64,000 nucleotides of DNA from an uncultured Bacilli bacterium. Lineage in GTDB: Bacteria; Bacillota_I; Bacilli_A; RF39; UBA660. Each line of letters opens with the position of its first letter. Position 1 is the stretch's first letter. Made by a program: the position numbers and the translations under genes. The stretch lies in contig CANQYB010000002.1 of NCBI GenBank assembly GCA_947627975.1, forward strand, positions 4,740 through 68,739, in the 5' to 3' direction. A model generated the notes under the pieces. It did no database searches. It was not told where the DNA came from and was given only the letters and a program-made list of their open reading frames with translations. Of the stretch, positions 52,430 to 61,972 are shown in pieces.

Positions 52430-52800
52430 AAACTTGTTGTGGTGCACTATTCTAGTTACATGAAATTATCGGAAGGTAGGGCTAAAAATCTACTGCTTGT
52501 TAAAAAAATTTAACATGTCGTGCGAAATATAGAGATATTGTACTGATCATACAATGATTAATTTTATATTTTTATAGCGAATAATGATAAAAATTTATGT
52601 ATTAGGGAAAACCTCTAGAGTGTCAAGTTATAAAGATTAAAATGCGGACTAAGTGGCAATCGAGTCATTAATTTGGCGACAGTTAATTATTTTCTATAAA
52701 GAGAAATCGCCCGAGGGTAACCAAAGGAGAGAAAATAGAGAAATTCAACTCGACCTAAAGCCGTAAAATTAATTTATAATTTACCACACAAATATTTAAG
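52430..52800 (+). ncRNA. Candidate structured 5' leader or ncRNA of unknown class
   Basis: A roughly 370-nt non-coding stretch, markedly GC-richer than its surroundings, with several short complementary segments such as GGCGA...TCGCC and TCTAGAG. It ends in an RBS AAGGAGA plus ATG for the downstream membrane protein. Confidence 0.25.
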
Positions 52801-52807
52801 GAGAAAT

Positions 52808-53326
52808 ATGAATAAGAAGAGATGGATAATAAAAATATTTATAATCTCTTTTTTTCTAGCAATAATTTTTAGTTTAGGAACAAATGCATTTGCTAGTAAA
52901 TTTAATGAGATTATTCTTATTTTACTAACCCTTTTAGTTATTATTGTCGGAGTTATATTTGATATGATTGGAACAAGTGTTTTAACTAGCAAAGAATCTA
53001 CTTTTCATGCTATGTCTTCTAAAAAAATAAAAGGTGCATCTAAAACTGTAGATTTAATTAAAAATTCGGCAAGTGTTTCAAGTATTTGTAATGATGTTGT
53101 TGGCGATGTATGTGGAGTTATTAGTGGTTCTTTAGGAGTGTCATTAAGTATTCTTATTTCTAACAGATATAATGTGTCTTTATCTATAATGACCATTTTG
53201 ACGGCCGCTATTATATCAGCTTTAACAGTTGGAGGAAAAGCAATATTTAAACAAGTAGCTATTAAAAATAGTGATAAAATTATATATAAAGTTGGTTTCA
53301 TATTATCAGGCTTTAAAAAAAATTGA
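52808..53326 (+). CDS. Hypothetical polytopic membrane protein
   Basis: 172 aa with about four hydrophobic segments; no diagnostic motif. Confidence 0.4.
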   Translation: MNKKRWIIKIFIISFFLAIIFSLGTNAFASKFNEIILILLTLLVIIVGVIFDMIGTSVLTSKESTFHAMSSKKIKGASKTVDLIKNSASVSSICNDVVGDVCGVISGSLGVSLSILISNRYNVSLSIMTILTAAIISALTVGGKAIFKQVAIKNSDKIIYKVGFILSGFKKN

Positions 53327-53559
53327 AAAATAAAATTTAAGGCTATATTTCTATAGTTTATTACCAAAATTTTAAAATGGGGAACAAAGTTATAAATCTT
53401 CCTTTTTTAGATTTTAATTCCTTTTTTTATATAGAAATGTTTCACATTAATTGTAAAATACAAATAATATAAAAATAAACTTTACAAAATAAAAATAATA
53501 ATTTATAATTGTACTTATTAACGAGAAAAAATTTTTAAAATTAAATTATGGGGGTAATT

Positions 53560-55380
53560 ATGAATAAAGAAGAAGTAAGAAAAGATATTAATATTAATAG
53601 AAATCATTCATGGATAAAAGAAATATATTTAAGACATAAAGATGAGATGGATAGAAATATATTGGATTATTTTGGTAATAATATTACTTATAATGAACTT
53701 TTTAAAAATGCATCAGAACTTGCTAATGCTATGAAAGCAAATGGCTTAAAAAAAGGAGACGAATTCGTAGTATTTACTGATAGAATTCCAGAATATGTTT
53801 ATTTAATGTGTGCTGCTAGCATGATAGGAGCAATTATACATTTTGCTTCTGAAAAGTTTAATAGTGATTATATAAAAGAAATTATTCAAAATGCTAATAG
53901 TAATTTTTTATTCATTCAGGATAGAAAGTTAAAAAAACTTTTACCAATTTTGGAAAATTTAAAAAATTATAATATTATTACTTTTTCGCATAAACGTTCA
54001 TTATTAAATATAAATCCATTTTATCAACAATTAATTGATAAATTTTATGGTGATAGTAATGATACAGATATAAATCCATTTATTACTTATGATGATTTTA
54101 TTAGAAGTGGCAGTGCTTATAATAGAGATAAATTATTTGAAAAAATAAATTTAGATGATTCTTTTACTATTACATATTCTAGTGGCACTACTAAAAAAGG
54201 ATTTCCAAAAGGTATTGTTCACTCTAATAGACATTACATTACAATGGGGAGATATCACGATCCTGAAGTTTCTGGTGTACCATCTTTAAAAAAATTTAGT
54301 ACTTATTCTAATATACCAGCATATTCAAATACTTATATATTATCATCATTATCTGATAATTTAATTATGGGTGGTAAAGTAATATTAGATCCAATAGATG
54401 ATCCAGCTTATTTTACTATTGGAATGAAAATTCATAAATCGAATATGAATGTAGCTACACCAAGCGTTTGGTTATTAAATGCTTTAAATTTTTATTATAG
54501 TAATGATAAATATGGGATAAAATCATTACCTGATGCTTTATTTAATTTTGCTGGTGGAGAACCTCTTAGTGCTGGAGAAGAAAAATTTTTAAACAAATTT
54601 CTTAAAGATTTAAAAGGTGGAGTAAATATAACTCACACACCATTTTCTTTAGCTAAAATGTCAACAGCAGGTGCCGACTGTGAACATGGAAGTCTTTTTT
54701 ATAGAATATTAAGAGGTTATTTTAATAATTTGCCATATAGAATTGGTAGAAAAGATCCAATTGGTATGAAAATATATGATTTTGTTGATGTCCAAGTTTT
54801 AAGACCTGATGGAACTTATTGTAATCCTCTTGAGCATGGTAAATTAGTAGCAAATTCTGATTGTACTATGAAAGAATATAAAAATAATCCTGAAGAAACT
54901 AAGAATTTTTATATTAAAGATGCTTATGGTAAAATATGGGGAAAAATGAATATGTACGGTTATTTAGATGAAAAACATTATGTATCAATGAAAGGTAGAT
55001 ATACAGATGATAAAAGCATCCCTACATATAGAATAGCTGACGAAATATTAAAAGATACAAAAAAAATAATGTCTTGCGAAGTAGTTTCTTTAAAACAAGA
55101 TGATGGATTCATTTATGTTGCTCATATCATGCCTCAATTTAATACTTCTTTTAATAAAGAAAAAGTATTAAATGGAGCATTACAAAGATGTATTAAAGTT
55201 TTTGGAGACGGCATTCAAAATATTCTTTATTTTAAAATAAGAAATAGTTTTCCTTTATCTTTAAGTTCAAAAAGAGATTTGCTAGTATTAAAATCAGAAG
55301 GCTTAGAAAATGTAGAAAAAATTAATATTAAAGAGTATGAAGGTAAATCAAAAGTTAAAAGAAGTAAAAATTATTATTAA
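53560..55380 (+). CDS. AMP-binding (adenylate-forming) enzyme family protein
   Basis: AMP-binding core motif TYSSGTTKKGFPKGIVHSN; about 606 aa from MNKEEV, after a GGGGGT RBS. Confidence 0.65.
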   Translation: MNKEEVRKDININRNHSWIKEIYLRHKDEMDRNILDYFGNNITYNELFKNASELANAMKANGLKKGDEFVVFTDRIPEYVYLMCAASMIGAIIHFASEKFNSDYIKEIIQNANSNFLFIQDRKLKKLLPILENLKNYNIITFSHKRSLLNINPFYQQLIDKFYGDSNDTDINPFITYDDFIRSGSAYNRDKLFEKINLDDSFTITYSSGTTKKGFPKGIVHSNRHYITMGRYHDPEVSGVPSLKKFSTYSNIPAYSNTYILSSLSDNLIMGGKVILDPIDDPAYFTIGMKIHKSNMNVATPSVWLLNALNFYYSNDKYGIKSLPDALFNFAGGEPLSAGEEKFLNKFLKDLKGGVNITHTPFSLAKMSTAGADCEHGSLFYRILRGYFNNLPYRIGRKDPIGMKIYDFVDVQVLRPDGTYCNPLEHGKLVANSDCTMKEYKNNPEETKNFYIKDAYGKIWGKMNMYGYLDEKHYVSMKGRYTDDKSIPTYRIADEILKDTKKIMSCEVVSLKQDDGFIYVAHIMPQFNTSFNKEKVLNGALQRCIKVFGDGIQNILYFKIRNSFPLSLSSKRDLLVLKSEGLENVEKINIKEYEGKSKVKRSKNYY

Positions 55381-55480
55381 AAATAAACACTGAATAAATA
55401 GCGTTTATTTTTTTTAATTAAATTTATATAAATATAAACTTTAATATTTGACTAAATTTGTTTATATTTATATAATTTAA

Positions 55481-57322
55481 ATGATAGAGTTAGGAAGATG
55501 TTATATGTTTAATAGTTTTTCTTTAATATTAATGAGTTTAATTTTTATGTCAATTTTATTATTTAATTTTTCAAGAAACAAGCATATTAATACTATAGAA
55601 TTAAAGCTATATAATATTTTATTATATATAAATATTTTTGGATTAATTTTAGAAATGTTATGTTTTTGTTCAATAAAATTCTTAAGTAAAGGTAATTTTT
55701 TAACTTTATTAATTAATAAAGTATTTTTAAATTATTATATATTATTTATGATTATTTTTATAATATATGTTTTAGTTATATCTATGGAAATCAATAAATT
55801 TATAAAAAATAAAAAAAAGATTAAATTAATAGCTATTTTTGTTTTTTTAATTTTTAGTTTTATGGTATATATATTACCTTTAAATTTAAATTATGGTCAA
55901 AAAATATATTCTTATGGGCCTGCAGTTGTAACTGTTTATATTTATTCATTTATTATATTACTTTTTTGCATAATAATATTGTTAAAAAATTTTAAATATA
56001 TTAAATCTAAAAAATATTTGCCGATTATTATTTTTATTATTGGAAGTGGTATTGTTGGATACATTCAGACTATTAAACCGGAATTAACACTAAATACTAT
56101 AATAGAATCAGTAGTTTTATTTATAATGTATTTTACAATAGAAAATCCTGATGTAAAAATGATTCAACAATTAGAACTTGCCAAAGATACCGCTGAAAAA
56201 GCAAATAGAGCAAAAAGTGATTTTTTATCTAGTATGTCGCATGAAATAAGGACACCTTTAAACGCTATTGTCGGGTTATCCGATGATATATTAACATATG
56301 ATAATGTTCCTGATGAAGTAAAAGAAGATTCTAAAGACATAGTTGAAGCATCACATACTTTACTGGAAATTGTTGGTAATATTTTAGATATAAATAAAAT
56401 TGAAAGCGAAAAAATGAAAATTGTAGAAAATGTTTATAATTTTAAAGAAGAATTAATTTCAATTGCTAAAATAAATAAAGTAAGAATTGGAAATAAACCA
56501 ATTCAATACAATGTAAATATAGCAGAAGATATACCAAATTATTTATATGGCGATAAAACACATATAAAACAAATATTAAATAATTTAATATCAAATGCCA
56601 TTAAATATACTGATGAAGGTTATATAAATATAAGTGCTAAATGCATAAATAATAATGATACATGTTTACTTATAATTAGTGTTCAAGATACTGGAAGAGG
56701 AATTAAAGCAGAAGATATAGGGAAATTATTTACCAAATTTGAAAGATTAGATATTGAGAAAAATTCAACAACTGAAGGAACAGGATTAGGGCTTGCAATT
56801 ACCAAAAAGTTAGTAGAATTAATGAATGGTAAAATAAATGTATCAAGTAGCTATAAAAAAGGATCAATATTTATGGTTCAATTACCACAAAGAATTTATA
56901 AAAAAGAAATGCCTGATACTAATATAAAGTCAAAAGAAGAGATAAAAGAAAATTTTAAGAATAAAAAGGTTTTAATAGTAGATGATAATGCATTAAATAT
57001 AAAGGTGGCAAAAATAGCATTAAGAGATTTTGAAATGGAAATTGATGAATGTTATGATGGATTAAGTTGTTTAGAAAAAGTGAAAGAAAAAAAATATGAT
57101 ATTATTTTGATGGATATAATGATGCCAGAAATGAGTGGGGAAACTGCTTTAATTAAATTAAAAGAAATGCCAGGATTTAATACACCAGTAATAGCACTTA
57201 CAGCCGATGCAATAACTGGGGCTAAAGAAAAATACATTGAAGAAGGATTTGCCGATTATATTGCAAAACCATTTAAAAAAGAAGAAATTAAAGAAAAGTT
57301 AGATAATATATTTAATAAATAA
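55481..57322 (+). CDS. Hybrid sensor histidine kinase (membrane sensor, HisKA, HATPase_c, receiver)
   Basis: About six N-terminal TM helices; the H-box SHEIRTPLNAIVG; G-box GTGLGLAI; a C-terminal REC domain (LIVDDN...ILMDIMMPEMSG...KP). The alternative start MFNSF at 55505 follows an AGGAAG RBS. Confidence 0.85.
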   Translation: MIELGRCYMFNSFSLILMSLIFMSILLFNFSRNKHINTIELKLYNILLYINIFGLILEMLCFCSIKFLSKGNFLTLLINKVFLNYYILFMIIFIIYVLVISMEINKFIKNKKKIKLIAIFVFLIFSFMVYILPLNLNYGQKIYSYGPAVVTVYIYSFIILLFCIIILLKNFKYIKSKKYLPIIIFIIGSGIVGYIQTIKPELTLNTIIESVVLFIMYFTIENPDVKMIQQLELAKDTAEKANRAKSDFLSSMSHEIRTPLNAIVGLSDDILTYDNVPDEVKEDSKDIVEASHTLLEIVGNILDINKIESEKMKIVENVYNFKEELISIAKINKVRIGNKPIQYNVNIAEDIPNYLYGDKTHIKQILNNLISNAIKYTDEGYINISAKCINNNDTCLLIISVQDTGRGIKAEDIGKLFTKFERLDIEKNSTTEGTGLGLAITKKLVELMNGKINVSSSYKKGSIFMVQLPQRIYKKEMPDTNIKSKEEIKENFKNKKVLIVDDNALNIKVAKIALRDFEMEIDECYDGLSCLEKVKEKKYDIILMDIMMPEMSGETALIKLKEMPGFNTPVIALTADAITGAKEKYIEEGFADYIAKPFKKEEIKEKLDNIFNK

Positions 57323-57353
57323 TTGTTATATTTTTGTAAAACAAAAAACAGAG

Positions 57354-57382
57354 TTGACTTTTGTTTATTAGAATTTTATAAT
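57354..57382 (+). promoter_or_regulatory. Consensus sigma-A promoter for trpS
   Basis: TTGACT, a 17-nt spacer, then TATAAT, about 20 nt upstream of the GGAGG RBS. It is preceded by a hairpin AAAACAAAA..TTTTGTTT that could terminate the kinase transcript. Confidence 0.5.
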
Positions 57383-57404
57383 ATTAAAATATTTGGAGGC
57401 AAAA

Positions 57405-58397
57405 ATGAAAGAAAAAAAGAAAGTTTTAACGGGAATTAAACCAACTGGTGAGGTTACTTTAGGCAATTATATTGGTGCTATAAAACAAATGGTCAAATTG
57501 CAAAATGAATATGAATCATATATATTTGTTGCTGATTTACATGCCCTTACTATACCTCAAAATCCTAAAGAATTAAAAGAAAGAATAAAAAAATTTATTG
57601 CTATGTATATTGCTTGTGGAATTGATCCAGATAAATCAACTATTTATATTCAGTCTGAAAATGAGTATATTCCAGCAATATCTTATTTACTAGAATGTAG
57701 TACAACTTATGGTGAAGCATCAAGAATGATTCAATTTAAAGAAAAAAGTAAAAATAATGCTAATTTTTCTGTTGGTCTCCTTACATATCCAATATTAATG
57801 GCAGCAGATATTTTATATTGTGATACCGATTTAGTTCCAGTAGGAATTGACCAAAAGCAACATGTAGAACTTGCTAGAAATATTGCTGATAGATTTAATA
57901 AAAAATATGGTGAAACTTTTATTTTGCCTCAGCCTCTTACTACAACAGAAGGTGTTAAAATAAAAGATTTAAAAGATCCACTTAAAAAAATGAGTAAATC
58001 TGAAGAAAGTCCAACTGGGGTTATAAGTATGTTTGACACAAAAGAAGACATAATAAAAAAAATAATGAAAGCTACAACAGATAGTGACAATATTATTAAA
58101 TATGATATGGAAAATAAACCAGGTATATCTAATTTACTAAACATAGCAACTTCACTTGGAAATTTATCAATTCCTGAACTTGAAAAAAAATTTGAAAATT
58201 GTGGGTATGGTGAATTTAAAAAGTATGTTGCTGAATTAACATCTAGTCATATAGAAAATATTCAAAAAAAATATAATAAACTAATAAATAGTGATGAATT
58301 AGATAATATTTTAAACAAAGGTATCAAAAAATCTACTAAATTAGCTAAAGAAAAATATGAATTAATGAAGAAAAAATTAGGACTTTGTAGAAATTAA
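57405..58397 (+). CDS. trpS: Tryptophan--tRNA ligase
   Basis: Class I TGIKPTGEVTLGNY (HIGH-type) and KMSKS motifs. Confidence 0.9.
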   Translation: MKEKKKVLTGIKPTGEVTLGNYIGAIKQMVKLQNEYESYIFVADLHALTIPQNPKELKERIKKFIAMYIACGIDPDKSTIYIQSENEYIPAISYLLECSTTYGEASRMIQFKEKSKNNANFSVGLLTYPILMAADILYCDTDLVPVGIDQKQHVELARNIADRFNKKYGETFILPQPLTTTEGVKIKDLKDPLKKMSKSEESPTGVISMFDTKEDIIKKIMKATTDSDNIIKYDMENKPGISNLLNIATSLGNLSIPELEKKFENCGYGEFKKYVAELTSSHIENIQKKYNKLINSDELDNILNKGIKKSTKLAKEKYELMKKKLGLCRN

Positions 58398-58482
58398 TTT
58401 GCATTATTAAAAATTTATGTTATAATAACTAAGTCATGTGGATACTATGATTTGAAATATAATTATGGCGGGAGGAAAATTT

Positions 58483-58689
58483 ATGAAAAAAAACATTCAT
58501 CCAGAGATGAAAGAAACTACGGCAACTTGTGCATGTGGTGCAACATTTAAAGTAAAATCAATAAAAGAAAATATCCAAGTTGAAGTTTGTAGTAATTGTC
58601 ATCCATTTTATTCTGGAAAACAAGGACAACACAAGAAAACTGGAGCAGTAGATAAATTTAATCGTAAATATAATTTAAATCAAAAATAA
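58483..58689 (+). CDS. rpmE: 50S ribosomal protein L31 (zinc-binding type)
   Basis: MKKNIHPE...CxC...CSNCHPFYSGKQ; the start is taken after a GGGAGG RBS. Confidence 0.9.
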   Translation: MKKNIHPEMKETTATCACGATFKVKSIKENIQVEVCSNCHPFYSGKQGQHKKTGAVDKFNRKYNLNQK

Positions 58690-58750
58690 TAAGCAATAGC
58701 TTTAGTTGGCTTTTGCTATTTTTTTTGGTACAATATTTTTGGTGATAAAA

Positions 58751-59191
58751 ATGAAAATTGGTATTTGCTGTGATCATCATGGTATTAATATTAAGGAACA
58801 AATAATAGCTCACTTAAAAAATTTAAAATATGAAGTTGTTGATTATGGAACGTATGATAAAAAGCCAGTGGATTATCCAGATATTGCTTTTAAAATGGGT
58901 GAAGATATAGGGAAAAAAATTGATGTAGGTATTGCCATGTGCAGAACAGGAATAGGTATGAGTATTGCATTGAATAAGGTAAAACATGTTAGATGTGCTC
59001 ATGCAGAAAATATAAACGAAGCAAAACTTACAAGACTTGACAATGATGCAAACGCTCTTGCTTTTTCTACAGAACTTCCTTTAAATACTATATTTGAAAT
59101 TATAAATACTTTTTTGCAAACTTCTTTTTCAAATGAAGAAAGACATAAAAGAAGAATTGATAAAATAAAAGAATATGAGGATATGTTATGA
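58751..59191 (+). CDS. rpiB: Ribose-5-phosphate isomerase B
   Basis: MKIGICCDHHGINIKEQII is the RpiB/LacAB N-terminus. The upstream 15 codons of the ORF are probably not translated. Confidence 0.85.
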   Translation: MKIGICCDHHGINIKEQIIAHLKNLKYEVVDYGTYDKKPVDYPDIAFKMGEDIGKKIDVGIAMCRTGIGMSIALNKVKHVRCAHAENINEAKLTRLDNDANALAFSTELPLNTIFEIINTFLQTSFSNEERHKRRIDKIKEYEDML

Positions 59192-59388
59192 ATATAAAAG
59201 CTATTTTATATGTTATTTTTTTATTTTTGTCTGCATATACTTTATCAAGTATTAATTTTAATGCAATTATAAAAAAAAATAAAATAATTGAAACACGAAT
59301 ATTAATGATAATTTTATCATTTATTATGAGTTATTTATTAACTAATTTTATAACAGATTTTTTAAATGTAAGTAAAATTATAAAATAG
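59188..59388 (+). CDS. Small hypothetical membrane protein
   Basis: 66 aa with two hydrophobic segments; it overlaps the rpiB stop and sits 10 nt before spoIID. Confidence 0.3.
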   Translation: MNIKAILYVIFLFLSAYTLSSINFNAIIKKNKIIETRILMIILSFIMSYLLTNFITDFLNVSKIIK

Positions 59389-59398
59389 GGAGAAATTT

Positions 59399-60334
59399 AT
59401 GAAAAATAAAATATTACTTTTATTAGTTATTATTTTATTACCATTTACTATAATAAGCAGTTTTCGAAAATCGAAAACTGATTTTAATTTGCCTAAACAA
59501 TCAAAAGAAACTATTCAAAAAAAAGATACTAAAGAAATAACTGTGAGTGTAAATTTAGTAGATGAAAATAAAGTTGTTAACCTAGATTTAGAAAGTTATA
59601 TTGTTGGAGTTGTTGCTGGAGAAATGCCAGCATCGTATTCAACGGAGGCTTTACAATGCCAAGCAATAGCTGCTAGAAGTTATGTTGTTAATTACATGGA
59701 AGAAAATAAAAATTATAATTTAACTAATACAACTTCTAATCAAGTCTATTTAACTACAGATCAAATGAAAGCAAAATGGAATAGTAATTATGAAAAATAT
59801 TATAATAAAATTTTAATGGCAGTTGAAAGTACAAAAAATAAAGTAATGAAATATGATGGTAAAACAATTAAAGCATTTTATTTTGCAGTTAGTAATGGAT
59901 ATACTGAGGATGTAAAAAATGTTTTTGGTGGCAATTTGCCATATTTAAAATCTGTTGAATCAGATGATTCAAATTATAAAAATTATGTAAATACTATTAA
60001 TATTTCAAAAGAAGATTTTTGCTTAAAATTAAAAATTACTAATTGTGAAGAAATTAAAATTAGTAATATTATTAAAGATAATACTAATAGAATAAGTTCT
60101 CTAGTTGTAAATGATAAAATGTTTAAAGGGACAGATTTTAGACAATTATTAGCATTAAAATCAACAGATTTTGTTATAAACATAAATAATAATAAAGTAA
60201 CTATTACTACTAAGGGATCAGGACATGGAGTGGGTATGAGTCAATATGGAGCAGAAGTTTTAGCAAAAAAAGGTTATAATTATGAACAAATATTAAAAAA
60301 ATATTATCAAGGCATAGAAATAGAAAATATTTAG
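59399..60334 (+). CDS. spoIID: Stage II sporulation protein D (SpoIID/LytB domain)
   Basis: N-terminal TM segment and the conserved EALQCQAIAARSY block. Confidence 0.8.
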   Translation: MKNKILLLLVIILLPFTIISSFRKSKTDFNLPKQSKETIQKKDTKEITVSVNLVDENKVVNLDLESYIVGVVAGEMPASYSTEALQCQAIAARSYVVNYMEENKNYNLTNTTSNQVYLTTDQMKAKWNSNYEKYYNKILMAVESTKNKVMKYDGKTIKAFYFAVSNGYTEDVKNVFGGNLPYLKSVESDDSNYKNYVNTINISKEDFCLKLKITNCEEIKISNIIKDNTNRISSLVVNDKMFKGTDFRQLLALKSTDFVININNNKVTITTKGSGHGVGMSQYGAEVLAKKGYNYEQILKKYYQGIEIENI

Positions 60335-60383
60335 TATATTTAACAATTTTTGGTTAATACTTTAAATAGGAGAGTGATATAAA

Positions 60384-61034
60384 GTGAAACCAAAAAGAAA
60401 ATTAAAAAAATTTGTTATGCCTTTAGCTTATTTATCTAGTTTAGTAATAGTTGTTTTAGGAGGAATATTAGCGACTAATTTTATTGGAAAAACAAATAAT
60501 GATGATTTTTCGTATAATTATGTAGTTGGAGCTTTTAATCAAGATATTTCCCCAGTTAATGAAATTGTTAATGAAGAAATAATTAAACCTTTTACAAATG
60601 AAGCAGTGGAAATAGCTAAGAAATTTTATGATAAAGATAGTGATGAAGAAAGCCAACAAAAATCAATAATATATTTTGAAAATACATATATGCCTAATAC
60701 AGGTATATTATATAAAAATAATGAAACTTTTGAAGTCGTTGCAACTTTAGATGGAACAGTAACTTCAGTTAAAACAGATGAAATACTTGGAAATGTTGTG
60801 GAAATAAAGCATAACGCAAACTTAATTACAGTTTATGAGTCTTTAAGTGATGTGGAAGTAAAAGAGGGAGATAAAGTTTTACAAGGTGATAAAATAGGAA
60901 ATAGTGGTGAAAATAAAGTAGATCCTGCAAATAAAAACGAATTATTATTTGAAGTTTATTATAAAGGATTAATATTAAATCCTGAAAAATATTATGAAAT
61001 GGATATAAAAGACTTATCAGAAGAAACTGAATAA
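60384..61034 (+). CDS. M23/LytM-domain membrane protein, SpoIIQ-like
   Basis: N-terminal TM segment and a C-terminal LytM-like domain. The position between spoIID and spoIIID matches clostridial spoIIQ. Confidence 0.5.
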   Translation: MKPKRKLKKFVMPLAYLSSLVIVVLGGILATNFIGKTNNDDFSYNYVVGAFNQDISPVNEIVNEEIIKPFTNEAVEIAKKFYDKDSDEESQQKSIIYFENTYMPNTGILYKNNETFEVVATLDGTVTSVKTDEILGNVVEIKHNANLITVYESLSDVEVKEGDKVLQGDKIGNSGENKVDPANKNELLFEVYYKGLILNPEKYYEMDIKDLSEETE

Positions 61035-61090
61035 GTCTTTTTATGAATATATGCTAAATCAATAAAATATATTTTATTGAGGTGTATAAA

Positions 61091-61342
61091 ATGATAAGCA
61101 GTGAAATTAAAAATAGAGTTTTAAAAGAAGCTAATTATATTTTAAATACAAAAAAAACAATCAGAAATTTAGCAAAAAAATTTAAAATAAGTAAAAGTAC
61201 GGTACACAAAGATTTACATGAAAGATTAAAAAAAATCAATTTAAAAAAATATAATAAAATACAAGAAATAATGAAAGAACACATTAAAACACGACACATA
61301 AAAGGTGGAGAGTCAACTAAATTAAAATATTTAAATACGTAG
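61091..61342 (+). CDS. spoIIID: Sporulation transcriptional regulator SpoIIID
   Basis: KTIRNLAKKFKISKSTVHKDLHERL HTH and the C-terminal HIKGGESTKLKY match SpoIIID. The start is taken at MISSEI after a GAGGTG RBS. Confidence 0.8.
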   Translation: MISSEIKNRVLKEANYILNTKKTIRNLAKKFKISKSTVHKDLHERLKKINLKKYNKIQEIMKEHIKTRHIKGGESTKLKYLNT

Positions 61343-61912
61343 GTGATAAATTTGAAAAAAAAAGAAATAGTTATTATAATTTACGATGATATTTTATACT
61401 TAGAAAATAAAAATTATAAATTAGAAAATATAAAAAATGGTAAAGTAACAAACTATGAAAATGGAAAAAAAGAATTAGAAAAAATAATTAAAGAAAATAA
61501 ATTAAATAAAAGTATATTAAATAATAAAATTAATATAGTTGTTTCAAATAATATAGACGATTGTGATGTATTTGTTTATAAAAGTATTTTTGACAGTCTC
61601 CAATTTAATAAAATTAAAATATTTAATATGAAAGAAATTTTGACCAATAATTTAAATATTGAAAACACTTTATTAATTTTTTTTAATAAAGAAAATTATG
61701 AATTAAATTATAATTATAAAAAGTATATTTTAAATAATATTTTTGACCAATGTATTTATGATTATATAGAAAAAAATAAAATAAAAAAAATTATAATTTT
61801 TACTTATTTATATGATGTAGATAATATTATAAAAAATATAAAAAGTAAGTTTAATATAGATGTTTTATATAATAAAAATATTATTATGCAAATATTTTTA
61901 AAATTTGCATAA
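61343..61912 (+). CDS. Hypothetical protein (Asn/Lys/Ile-rich)
   Basis: A 189-aa ORF with low complexity and no motif recognised. Confidence 0.3.
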   Translation: MINLKKKEIVIIIYDDILYLENKNYKLENIKNGKVTNYENGKKELEKIIKENKLNKSILNNKINIVVSNNIDDCDVFVYKSIFDSLQFNKIKIFNMKEILTNNLNIENTLLIFFNKENYELNYNYKKYILNNIFDQCIYDYIEKNKIKKIIIFTYLYDVDNIIKNIKSKFNIDVLYNKNIIMQIFLKFA

Positions 61913-61972
61913 TTTTTTTTGCAATTTAATGGTAAAATATGGTATTATTTTACTATAAGGAAACTTTAACGA

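Noticed and set aside
52430-52800. Assignment of the GC-rich leader to a specific Rfam class (T-box, SAM-I, TPP, FMN, purine, glycine, c-di-AMP, Mn2+ yybP-ykoY, fluoride, RNase P, tmRNA, 6S)
   Set aside because: None of the hallmark conserved strings for these classes could be found by eye, so it is left unclassified rather than named.
57323-57404. A T-box leader upstream of trpS
   Set aside because: The spacer is only ~80 nt and is fully accounted for by a terminator hairpin, a TTGACT-17-TATAAT promoter and the RBS. There is no room for a ~250-nt T-box and no GGTGG antiterminator motif.
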